Positions 22,401 to 35,500 are shown, counted from the stretch's first letter. The stretch: DNA of 64,000 nucleotides from Macrostomum hystrix (GCA_950097015.1 CATNEN010000002.1:8370001-8434000); one strand, 5' to 3'. The notes: generated from the letters alone by a model not told the origin. Numbers and translations are program-made.

Positions 22401-23490
22401 GGCGAAAAAGTTGCGTAAAAGCTGCGCGCCTCTTGAAAAACCGTCAAAGGAGCCCCCATGCAATGCCCCCGGAACAATGAGGCATTAGAATAAACCCTCA
22501 GAGTTATAATTAATTCAATGGTCTGAAATGCAGGAGTGCCATGAGTGCCAGTTGGCAGTATATCTGATATGCGTGCATGTTCATGCACAAGACAAATAAG
22601 CCAAGTCTCAATCATAATATCTTATCCAATCAGAGGCGAGCAGGGGCTGCCAGCAGACCGCGAATCATTCTTGGTCATTTCTGACTAAAAGTACATTTTA
22701 GTGAATAAATATGTATATTTGATATTGATTCAAACAGGCATCGGTCAAACAAAACATTTCTGGGAAAGGCGCCAATTTAAAATCGGACTGCTTCGTGGCT
22801 AATATATTATCCAAGTTATCTTAAATAACTAGGAAAAAAATATAAATATTTCCAGAATCCACAGTAAAAAACTTTTTTCATATATATTCGTCCACTTTTT
22901 AAGACATGTTACTGCATCGGATATTACGGTCACTGATTTGCTTCACCACACTGATCCTTTGGCTGTTAATAGAGTTCATATCCTACCTTATAAAACTTAG
23001 GAAACACTAGTAACTGCTTCAGTTTTACAAGACCAAGTGCATCGGTACCAATTCGAGTATTCAAAACAAGTTTCTATGCAAAACTTTTTTTTCATTTAAA
23101 AAATACAGTAAAGCATTTACTGCGTTATAAAAGCAATGCGTCTCGGCGCTGCTCGTGCTGAAACTATGTCTAGAATAATTTTCTTTTTCACTGTCCAATA
23201 TCAACTTTCGACAATTCTACAAAAAATACAGACCATTTAACACAAGAATGATTGATAAAAAAATTCAAGGAAAGATTTTTACAACAAAATAATTGCATGT
23301 TTTTCACAAGACAAAGTGTCAAAACAAGAGTTTCATGCAAAAATTATAAAATATTTTTGTTAAAGTTAATCGCTTACTATTGAAGAACGAACTCAAATTC
23401 AAGTGATATTGTTTAAACAAACTCTGCGATTGGTTTTCGCAGGTAGAAATGAAGGCTCACTAACTATTAACGGGAGTGCAAATTAAAGAG

Positions 23491-23577
23491 TTACGTGGTC
23501 GCCAGGTACTCTGTCAGATAGCTTGCCATTGTTGTACCACCGGTGGTGTTTTCTGTCGTGCGGGTCCGCTGGCTTTC
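23491..23577 (-). CDS. HVCN1: Probable terminal exon of the Hv channel gene
   Basis: ttttgcag|ESQRTRTTENTTGGTTMASYLTEYLATT*; phase 0 fits the upstream donor. Confidence 0.55.
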   Translation of the reverse strand, partial: ESQRTRTTENTTGGTTMASYLTEYLATT

Positions 23578-26500
23578 CTGCAAAATGTGAATTTTGTTTT
23601 GAGAAATAGAAAGCAAATATAAACTAGAGTTATCTATGTGCATTCCATGGAATAAACAAATGATTAATCGAGTGCAGACTTCATTTAATTTATACATGTC
23701 CTGTTTCTACTGCTGAAAGTAATATTGAATGAACTCCAGTACTATGAAATATATAACTGCCCTAATATATTCTTTGGACTTTCTCTGCGTCCTTTGTATA
23801 GTACAATAATAATTTATAATTGATTACATCTGCCCCAATTGGGCCAGATGTGCAGCCGACAGCACAGCCGCAGCTATTGCGCGGCGCATCTTAAGGCTGC
23901 GTACAGCTGTTCAGTCCACGGACTGGGGGGACGTCACACCCACCTTCATTATCCCAGCTAATGCTGGTACCCATTTAAGAGCTGGGTGAACTGAAGCAAT
24001 GCAGAGTTAAGTGTCTCTTTCTAAAGGGCACAAATTGTTCCAGTGTAGTCGGGAATCGAACCCCCGACCTTCAAGTCGTGAGTCCGACGCCCTAACCACT
24101 AGGCTACAACCTCTTGTATAGTACAGTTTTTGACACATCATCTCCTTAGCTCACTAATCAAATTTTCTTATAACTTCTAGAAGTTACTGCAAAGCATTTA
24201 TTATAGGACGAGGAATAAAATTAAGGAAGAAGGTTGTTAAACAAAATATTAGTGAAGTTAATACCAAAAAGTGCGTGTTAATTGGTCAATAGGCAGACAT
24301 AGAAGCCAAATCAACTACACCCATTTGCTGAATGACCGGTATTTTTTTGATAGCTGAATGGGAGTTAATCTATTCCATTATTACTCTTTTAATGGAGAAA
24401 TAGTGAAAATGTACCAAGTGAAAGGTTGCTATTCATTCCATTAAATACAGAACCAAAGTGTACAGGCAGGCAATCGTATACATCCTGCAGGTTGTAACTA
24501 CGAAACACGTATTCATGTACGTTAGCGAGAAGGAAACTGGTGGAAATCTGCAGATAAATCAGAGATAGTGAAGTGCATCAACAACATCAGCGGCTCCAAT
24601 GCAAATGGGAGAGTGATTTTCCAAGCGAAAAGTAAAAACTAAATAAATAAATAGTGAAGGAGAGAAGCGACATCCATCTGACCAACTGACCAACCGGGTG
24701 AGGTCGGGCGAGAGCCCGGGTCGTCAACAAAACCTGTAGTTGTACTCCTTGGCAATTTCGGGAAGTGAATGGATACTTTTTCAGTCATTTATTCGGAAGT
24801 TTTTTAGATCGCTAATTGATCAAGTGTTAATTAGCTGGGCAATTAGTAGGTAATCGTTCTTTTAATTAGCAAGCTCAGCAAAATAAGACTGCATTGCGAA
24901 AAGGCTTTTTAACAGATGCGTGGTCTTAGACGCCTTAGTGGCCGTTTAAGATGCTCATAAGAAACTTGATTGGTGTCGAAACTCGACTGCTCACCTGCAG
25001 CTCCCACGGATCCTCCTCTTCGTCGCTGTCGGATCCTGTGGTGGTGTACTGCCCGCTGTCGACGCGCAAATCCTGTAGTCGAATCTCCGCGATAGGCAGA
25101 CCGCCTCCGAGGCCGCAACGTCCAGCGTCGGGCTCGTCGGCGTCCGCTTCGAAATCGTCTGGATTGGGATTGTCGCGCTCAACGCGACCTTCAAAGTTCT
25201 CTAAGCCACCGTCGCCGCCGTTGCGAGCGGCCGCGTCTTCCGCCTCCTGCGACTCTTCTTCAACGTAGAGCTGGCGCTGCAGAATCGAGTTCCGCTTGCC
25301 CTGGCGATGCGGCGGCTGCGGCTGCTGGCTGTCGGTGGGCATCGACGCCGGTCGGCCGTTTAACATCGGCGCTGACTCGGGCGAGGATGGCGTCGAGTTT
25401 TCGATGATCTTATCAATCGAAGTGCCGGCTGCGCCTGAAGTTGCCGCTGTTGCCGCGGCGTCCTCGACGATGGTGTCCAGAGCGGAGGACTGACGAGAAG
25501 TGCTGGGCGGCGTGCCCAGATTGTTGGTGAGGGCACTCAGCGAGCGGCGGTGCTGTGCCCCGGCGATGCCACCGAAGATGCCGGCGGACATGGCAGCCAT
25601 GGACTTCAGAGCGTTGTTGGACTGGCGCTTGCTGATGTTCACGACTGCGGTGTCATGAAGGCGGGTGAAAATGTCAGTGAAAATGATTTGTACTAGTTAA
25701 ACTTGATGGCGCTGAAAAACTGTTCGGCTGTCATTAATAAAGTCTGATCGGTGCTAAATAGTTCTAAGAATAGCCTAATCTGTAGGCGAAATCTCATTGC
25801 AGTAGAGGCATCTAGAACAAGCAGCGAGAGTTGAAGAAACCTGCGAAGATATTCGCTGTGAGCAGTCTGGGGATTGCTGTGCGCGACAACTCAACTTGCC
25901 CACCCGCAGGCGTCTGGCTAACACAGTGGCAAAAGTGCAGTCAGCCAGAGAAGCTCCTGTTACATAGCGGCAAGCCAGTGTCCAACACAATTATCCTGGG
26001 GCCTCGGGCTAGAACGGAGGCAGACTCAACACGCAGGAAAAATTGGGACAAAAGCGGGACTTGACGGACAGGCAGCTCTCTCCGACAGGAAGCTGTGGCC
26101 TCTCCTCGGATTTCTCCTCTGCGGCGCACCCACTTGAATTTCGCGCTCTTCCCTGCAGACATGGCAACTGCTGAGCCACCAAGGACTCCTGTAACTGCTG
26201 GCACTTAAAATCCATTTATCATTTTCTTGACAGTCCGGGGGGGGACAGTCCGGAAGGGACTTCTGGCCAGGGCTGAAGCAGGGCTGGTTCAAACTGTCTG
26301 CCAGTCAGCAGGGGCCCGAATCCGGCTGCCCGGTGTCTATGGGGCAGCTCTGGTGCGCGTGCACTTTTACTGCTACCTATTAAGTTGTTACTGAGTAGAA
26401 AGGAAGGTGTAGGCGAGGCTGTAGGAATCCCCGAGCGGTACAGTATTGCGCGCAGTGTCTGTCTAGAAAGGCCTGCTCTCGTACAGGTTGGCAAACGATC

Positions 26501-29500
26501 GCTTTGTTTGAACAATCGAGCTACGAAAAGAAACCTTCAGACTGACAATATGGGGCCTTGCTCAAACTCCAGACTGACAATATGGGGCCTTGCTCAAACT
26601 CCAGACTGACAATATGGGGCCTTGCTCAAACTCCAGGCTGACAATATGGGGCCTTGCTCAAACTCCAGACTGACAATATGGGGCCTTGCTCAAACTTCAG
26701 ACTGACAATATGGGGCCTTGCTCAAACTCCAGACTGACAATATGGGGCCTTGCTCAAACTCCAGACTGACAATATGGGGCCTTGCTCAAACTTCAGACTG
26801 ACAATATGGGGCCTTGCTCAAACTTCAGACTGACAATATGGGGCCTTGCTCAAACTCCAGACTGACAATATGGGGCCTTGCTCAAACTTCAGACTGACAA
26901 TATGGGGCCTTGCTCAAACTCCAGACTGACAATATGGAGCCTTGCTCAAACTCCAGACTGACAATATGGGGCCTTGCTCAAACTCCAGACTGACAATATG
27001 GGGCCTTGCTCAAACTCCAGACTGACAATATGGGGCCTTGCTCAAACTCCAGACTGACAATATGGGGCCTTGCTCAAACTCCAGACGACATTTTTCTACA
27101 CCCAGCAATCGACAAGTAATGCGTTTTGCAAGTAATGCAAGAACTAATGAAACAATCTAGAATCTTTTAAAAAGTCCATGAATTTTAATTCAGTTACGGT
27201 CGTGTCGCACGACTCACACAGGACTTACATCGTGGCTTGCAGTTCGCAATTTGTTCCTCGCCTGCACCGAGCTCTCGACAGAGCTCCTCCAGGAACAGGA
27301 TGTGCTTCTGAAGAGTTTTTCAAGAAGTTGCGGTTAAAACCAATGAGATAATGAAAAAAAATTAGCAAATATGTGACAGTAGACCCGCAGCCAGAGAGGA
27401 GGCAATTCTGCTCATTGCGCTGACTCCTGAGCACACAGGGGTGTGTACATCTGCCCTGAATTTCCCATGACGGGGCACATTTTTTGCATTGCCATTTTCT
27501 AAAATTTTACTTCGAGGCATGGGGTTGTTGGAAAATGAGCCCTCTATTGCCACGGGGCAATTAATTCTATGCAATGGCTGACGAGTGCCTGAAGGCCATT
27601 GCCTCGAAGTGAAATTTTAGGCAATGGCCATAGACAAAACTGCAAGCACGCGTATTACGCGTCAGGACAGGTGAATTGACAAAAAATCGTTTAAAATGTC
27701 GAAAAATGCCGCGCGAGCGCGAATTATTTCCAAAACCGCTTCGTTTTTTGGCAGGCCAAATCATTCGCACTAATCGTTTGATTTTGGGCTGAAAGTATTG
27801 ATTCATGATTCATATGATTCATCGCTGGCAGCGTCAAAACTGACTCCCGTGTTCCTATTTAGCCACAATTTTTCTGCTCTCCGCTCGCCAGCTCGCCCTG
27901 AGGCCACGGGAGGGCATTAGCTTAGCTGCACTCGTCCTCTAGCTCACTCATCAGCTGCCCCGGCCTCATCATCCGGCTGGATATATGCATTGCAGAGGCC
28001 CGGAGGGGAGGGCAGCTAATTACCTAACTCCAGCAGCCTGTTGCTGTTTGCTGCTGCGATTTCACATTCTCCGCGATGTGTTTGCCAATGCATTTTGCAT
28101 CGCCCGTCCAACCCCACCGCTGTCACTCTCGCTTTGGCTCTGTTTCGCTCTCCCTGACCTCACTGCATGAGTCCCTAATTAGTTCCTGATTTCTCAACTA
28201 TTTCGCCTTCTTAACCTACCGATGTTGCTAAGCATGTGGCATTCAGAGGCTACAGCCCATAGACAACACATTCAGAGGCTACAGCCCATAGACAACACAT
28301 TCAGAGGCTACAGCCCATAGACAACACATTCAGAGGCTACAGCCCATAGACAACACATTCAGAGGCTACAGCCCATAGACAACACATTCAGAGGCTACAG
28401 ACCATAGACGCCAGAATTCTAAGGCCAGATACACACAGCAAATTCAGACCCACCTCCTGCAAGTCGCGCTCAGTCTCGAGCGAGTCGCACTTCATCTCGG
28501 ACATTCGTCTGGCGCGCTTCTGCAGCTGAATACGGAACTCGCCCCGCTGTTTCTCGTGCATCATCAGGCCTGAAACGAGCAGTGAGGAGTTGGAGGCTCT
28601 TTTGGGTCGAATTGTTATTCTGAGAAATATATCTGATCCTGTACAACTAAGCTTTTTGACATTCTCATTAGCAGCGGTTGAATCCATGGCAGTTTTAAGT
28701 GATTTTTCACTACACGCGCTCATCTTCCGCATCCATCCAGAACGGCAATTTGATCTCCAGACTGGTAAATCCAGAATCAATAATGGCCACGGCTGCTGCA
28801 TCGAGCAGCAAAGTCTTTCTGCTTCATCGAAATCTGACGACTCATCTCGAGGCTGGGAGGGTGGCGGGTAGGGACGAGTGAGGGATGCCTGACTGGGCGG
28901 AACTTGGCGGCGCACAGCTGCAGCGTCTAGCAAATTGACGTTGTGGGTAGAGTCAGGAATTCTCGGCAACTCAACCGTGGCAAACGATGAGACCGCTGCC
29001 CGCGCGCGTGCGGCCTGAGAATGTCAATAACGAGCTGCCACAGCTGACTGGGCCGCACTGGGCCCGGGACGGAAGTGCCCGCATTTGGCGTCTTCACCGT
29101 TCATTTGCCAAGTGTGGCGCAGCCTCCGCTCCCCTCTCTGTCTCTCCCGCTCTGTTCTCAACTCGCTTCTGCCCTTTTAAAATCCCTTCCACGCCAACTT
29201 ATCTACCTGAAATGTCACGCTTAATTTGCCTTCTATCCATCAAAGCCCATTTTCTTCTTTATCTCAATCCCTGCACTGCGGGTTGACACAGAAATTAGTA
29301 CAAATGGCAGTTCAGGGCTTTCAGAACTTGCAGAATTTCCCAGACTAGCCCTGCCACTCGCTTACAATGGCTTACGGTGCTAATGGTGAATTAATTTTAA
29401 AGTGCATTTCAGCTCGATGCTTTATGTTGATTGGCTCAAGCGGTCTAACTAACTCCCTTCACTACTGGGAATGCAATTACAGAAACTACAAGATTCTTTT

Positions 29501-32500
29501 CTGGGATTCAATCTTCCCAGTTAGGGATTCTGTCTTCCTAGTTTGGGATTCTGTCTTCCTAGTTTGGGATTCTGTCTTTCCAGTTTGGGATTCTGTCTTT
29601 CCAGTTTGGGATTCTGTCTTTCCAGTTTGGGATTCTGTCTTCCCAGTTTGGGATTCTGTCTTTCCAGTTTGGGATTCTGTCTTTCCAGTTTGGGATTCTG
29701 GCTTTCCAGTTTGGGGTTCTGTCTTCCTAGTTTGGGATTCTATCTTCCCGGTTAGGGATTTAATTCTTGAAGGTTCGAACGACATTGTGGCGCGCGATTT
29801 TTCACGCATATTTAAACAAGGGAAATGTGACCCGATGGGAGTTGGCTAAAATAGCTCGGATTGATTTCTTGCTCAGAGATTTGTGTCCGCCAAATGTATA
29901 TAGGGCACCTGTTAGGGCGTAGGGCAAATATAAAACTGACAGAGTCGTGAGGATGTGGGATTTAGAGGCCTGAGGATTTTTTGTTGATTGACACAGTCGC
30001 AATGGCAGGCGCCACAATAACTTTGCCGATCAATTGCTGAAGTCATGCTATTTGTTTCGTGACTAGGCAGTAAGAAACTTGCAAAACTAAACTTTTACAT
30101 AACATCTCAGGGTGCTTTGATGAAGCCCACCCAATGCTAGAACAGACGAAGCTGAGAACACTGCATTCTGGGCAAAAAAGCTATGTGGATTTTCACACTC
30201 AAAATTTGTTAATCTGTTGCAGTGGACATTTCTGCGAAATGAAATTCCTGATCAGGTTTTCCAGGACCTCTTAGATGCACTTGTGAGCAGAAATGCTTTC
30301 TGTGATTCTATTGATGGCTTTTTGTTCTCCACGCGTGCTCAAATTCGAAATGCACAAAAAAATTCTAAACCCTTTTTCCTGAACGGAATCACGCCTCGAG
30401 TAACTTTTCAAAGACGCTTTGCGAAATGTACGTTTGAGAACAGACTGGCCCTTCCATGGCATAAATCGACGGTTGTAAAAGATGTTTTTGCTTTTTGTTC
30501 TGAGTTGCCTCGTTCAGGCGCAGAAAGAAATTGTCTGAGAGGAGTACATGCACTACTGATGTTAGCGCATATCTTTTTAACGGCTTTAGTGTCAAGCACT
30601 AGGGTGAGTGGCAGAGGGGTTTACGCGTTTGCCTCTCGCACCAAGGTCCCTGAGCTCGATTCGGCGGCGAGACCACATTCATTTGGGGCGCAGCTGCGAA
30701 GAGAAGGCTTGGGGGCTTGTCGTGCAATTCACGCCCTTGACGGCCAACCTCAAGGGAGTGTACAGTGAGAGTGTACACTGCCTGACGATGAGAAAGTCAG
30801 AGCAGATGTACACACCAGTTTCAGTGTGTGCCTGCTTACGGTATCTGTGTGCGTGTGTGCTCAGGAGTCAGCGAAATGAGCAGAATTGCCTCCTGGCTGG
30901 CTGCAGGTTTGTGTCACCATGTGATATGCCACTGCTCGCAGCCCTCTTGCAGTTATGTCTATTATTAATGAGTTCTTATAGTGTTATTATAGTGTTATTA
31001 TAGTGTTATTATAGTGTCAAGCATTTAGCGACGTGGCCTCAAGACATCGTATTGAAGGACATTGCTTACCGTTAATGACCCGAACGATTCGCCACAGCAG
31101 AAACAGCACCATGACAGACACTTCCGTTGACTCCAGCTTCACGAAGACAATGTCCGCCACGAACGAGATCATGATGACGACCGCATCGACGATCTGAAAT
31201 CAATAAACATGACCACGGTGTTCAATAGAGGCTGTTTTGATGCAATTTCGACAAACACAGCTCAGAAAACAAATGAGACCCGGTGGCGTGGAAGGAAGTA
31301 CAGTATTTTCTAAAATAGATGCGGTCACTGTCTATGGTTTTTAGCAGGGCGGTGGTTTGAAGCTGGAGCGGTAACGCACCAAGGTCCCGAGCTCGAATTT
31401 CGGCGAATTCGGAGGTCGCTTATTGGTCAGTGAAATAGCCCTTGACTAGCTGTGCGAAATAAATAGTGTGTGTGTCCACAGCCTGTAAATATTATTGTTA
31501 TTATTAAAGACAGGTTTTAGGTACGTATGCAGCATTTTAGATTTGTATTTTGAATCGTCAAAGCACGAGTCTGCAAGTGCTTCCCAAAGAAGTACGCGTC
31601 ATTGTGGGTTCCTGCGCTGTCCATGCGGAATGAATATTTCAGCAACCCACGGGCTGCTGGCCGTCTGTAATTTCAGACTGCACCGAAGCTGCCGACTGCA
31701 CGGTGCACCGTGGAGCCGCACCGCTGCGCCAGCTGACTTTCTAATAATTGATTGATTCATCTCACGGCATCTCCTGCCAGTCCCGGGAGACCTAGCCAAT
31801 GGGAATCGTGCTCATGATTTAATGGAAGAGAGATATGATTATCTATAGCTGGGCTCAGCCTCTGTAGTTTGTGATGGGTCTCGCTCGATTCGCAGTAGTT
31901 TACAGTTTAATAGAAGAGAGATATGATTATCTATAGCTGGGCTCAGCCTCTGTAGTTTGTGATGGGTCTCGCTCGATTCGCAGTAGTTTACAATTTAATA
32001 GAAGAGAGATATGATTATCTATAGCTGGGCTCAGCCTCTGTAGTTTGTGATGGGTCTCGCTCGATTCGCAGTAGTTTACAATTTAATAGAAGAGAGATAT
32101 GATTATCTATAGCTGGGCTCAGCCTCTGTAGTTTGTGATGGGTCTCGCTCGATTCGCAGTAGTTTACATTATATTTGTAATGATTTATTATTAACAATCA
32201 TTGGATTATTAAATTACTTTTCATTAAAATACACCTCTAATTACGAGTATTTAGAGCAGTTTTACGGAAAGCAATCGACTCAACGATTTGAGAGTACTTA
32301 AAAATTCTTTCTTTTACGACGAAATTCAGTTGCTATCTCATTGTGTCAATCATAAACAAATTTTTTTAGCTATCTAGAATAACTATAGGTGGGATTTAAC
32401 ACACTCCTGGAATGTACCGAAGAATTCAAAAGCACTAAAATATGGACAAAACAAAATCAGAACCAGTTGGATTGTCTCAGACAGGTTACAGTTCTGATCT

Positions 32501-35500
32501 TGCCATCGCTCCGAGGGCACGCGAGACAAGTCGGGGTCGGGCTGTAAACTTGCTAATTATGCCCTACTGTCCGGGGGACTTCACCTGGCTGGAGAGTGGC
32601 AAAGGCTGGCAGTCACAGGGGGTGGGCGGACTGTGCCAAGCCTGTAATAACCTGCGACAATTTCGCATTGTTACCTGGTGATTCCCTGCGTGCCTCGAAA
32701 TCTCTATAGCAATTTTAAGACCGACAGGTGGGAAGCTCCGATAGGTAATTTTTGTGGCTATTTTAGCGAGCGATGAGGTCACAGCGTCGCTGTAATTGCA
32801 TCATTTCTACGTAAAACATTCGGTCAGAAATTTTGTAACTCATAAGTTACAAAGATCTGCAATAGCACAATAACCTGCGAGTTAGAGTCTCTTTCAGTTC
32901 GGGTGAGTACAGCTAGACTACCGCCAAATCATTTGGTGACACTAGACCTGCAGCCAGCGAGGAGGCAATTCTGCCCATTCCACTGACCACGAGCACACAC
33001 GCACACAGATACCGTACACAGGCACACGCTCACACAGGTGTGTACATCTGCCTGACTTTCTGCTTAGTGTAAGCAAAGTGTAAGCAAAGGATAATTATAT
33101 GTACTTTGACTTCAGTGCCTTCAGGTGGCGCGACTTACCTCGAACTTCTCCCGCACAAAGTTGCGGCCCAGACAGACAATCTTGAGCGCCACCTCCAGCA
33201 CGAACAGGCCGAGGATGCCAATGCTGACGAAGTGCAGCACGGCAGAGACGTCGTGCAGCAGCTTGGCGTGGCTAAACTCCTGCTGGAAGTTGGCGAACAC
33301 CGACGTCGACTGGGTCCGATTGGCGCCACCGGCAGCCGCTGCGACAGTGACGGAGGCAGCAGCCGCAGCGTGTCGTCGCAACCGCGGTGGCGGCGGTATC
33401 GACGGCGGCCTCGGCGAAGCTGCTGAAGCGGCGTCCGAGCTCCCCCCGGAGGCGGTCACGTTGCAGGTAATGCTGGTGTTCTGGCTGAGTGCCAGCAGCA
33501 CGTCCACCATGCTGGCGGCGAGGCGCTCGGCAAACTGCGGCGACGAAGTCAGCTCGGGGCTGAAGGTCGGCAGGAGGAGGCCGCGCTCGCTCAGCCGACT
33601 GGCGAAGGTGCGATTCACGAACCCCGCCGTCTTGAGGAAGGCCTCCTCCAGTTCCTGCTTCTCGCCTGGTTTGTGCAGGTTTGAGCAGGTTTGAGCAGGT
33701 TTGAGCAGGTTTGAGCAGGTTTGAGCAGGTTTGAGCAGGTTTGTGCAGGTTTGAGCAGGCAGAGGTGCTCTCAGTGGTAAACTTGAAACCCCCGGAGTCC
33801 CCGTCAGAATCCTTGGGTGCCTGGTCTTTGTTCCATTTCTTCTTATTTTCAGTTCTTACAAAGAGTCGATTATCCAGGGTCCTAACACTGATCCCCAACA
33901 GTGCCGATTGTAAAACCAACTTGAAACAGCCATAAATCACCGGATAAAAGGCCTTTAGATCATTATCCGTCGAGGCTGATCCGCTGTTTTCCGATATTTC
34001 TCACTAAGCTCATATTAAACTCTCAGACCGATTTTCATCTGAGCCCGACTCTGAAATCCCTTCAGTCTCAACCAAAGTCCCGATGAAATCACACACCAGT
34101 CGACCCCGCAGGTTGCATTGTGCTTTCCACAGAACTGTGCTTTGCTCTGCCGCGGCTCAGATAGCTGAGCAGATAAGTCTATCGCAACTCAAGCTGGTCT
34201 AGATTAGCAAATTACCTGCTCACCGCTCTCAGGCTTAGAGTTAATCTGCCCCAATGTTGAATTTCTGACTCAAACTGGTTCGCTGATGACGCAAAGTACT
34301 CAAATCTTGACTTCTTGTCTTTGGTCGTGGCTTCTTTAATTTTTATTCTGACAGATTTTTGTGTTGAAAACCGTACCGTGACGAGAGACCTCTCAGATAA
34401 TCTATATTTAGATGTGCTCATGATTTCGTGTCAAAATGTATGCTCTAACTCATCTCTTACCTTACTGAAAGGGAAAGCAGCTTGAAAAAACTAAAAAAAC
34501 TCATCTCTCCCCTGTCCTCTCTCTCACCTGTCTGATATCTCCCCAGTCTCATCTCTCCCCAGTCTAATCTCTCCCCAGTCTAATCTCTCCCCAGTCTCAT
34601 CTCTCTCCAGTCTAATCTCTCCCCAGTCTCATCTCACCCTCCCTCATCTCTCTCCCGTTTCATCTCTCCACTGTCTCATCTCTCTCCTGTTTCATCTCTC
34701 CACTGTCTCATCTCTCTCCTGTCTCATCTCTCCCCAGTCTCATCTCTCTCCCCACTCTCATCTCTCTCATGTCTTATCTCTCCCCAGTCTCATCTCTCTC
34801 CTGTCTCATCTCTCCACTGTCTTATCTTTCCCCAGTCTCATCTCTCCCCAGTCTCATCTCTCCCCAGTCTCATCTCTCCACTGTCTTATCTCTCCCCAGT
34901 CTCATCTCTCTCCTGTCTCATCTCTCCACTGTCTTATCTCTCCCCAGTCTCATCTCTCCCCAGTCTCATCTCTCCCCAGTCTCATCTCTCCACTTTCTTA
35001 TCTCTCCCCAGTCTCATCTCTCTCCTGTCTCATCTCTCCACTGTCTTATCTCTCCCCAGTCTCATCTCTCCCCAGTCCCATCTCTCCCCAGTCTCATCTC
35101 TCCCCAGTCTCATCTCTCACCTGTCTGATCTCTCCCCTGTCTCATCTCTCCCCAGTCTCATCTCTCCCCAGTCTCATCTCTCCCCAGTCTCATCTCTCCC
35201 CAGTCTCATCTTTCCGCAGTCTCATCTCTTCCCTGCCTCATCCCATTGCATCGACTCAGCCATGAGGAGCCAATCTCGAGCTCGGCTAACCACCTGTTAG
35301 AAGCACACTGTACTCACGACATACTCACTGGTAATTGCCTTGATCTCCAGGATGATCTCCGCAATGACGATCACAGCATCGATGAGCACGAAGGCGCACA
35401 GGATGATCTGCACAACGTTGGACCGGATGGCGTACAGCAGCCGCTCCTTCCACCTGAAAGGGCGACCGCGAATTGAGGGGCGGCGACCACGCATCAGGAT

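Noticed and set aside
26538-27085. 32-bp regularly spaced repeats resembling a CRISPR array
   Set aside because: The units are contiguous with no unique spacers, there are no cas genes and the context is eukaryotic.
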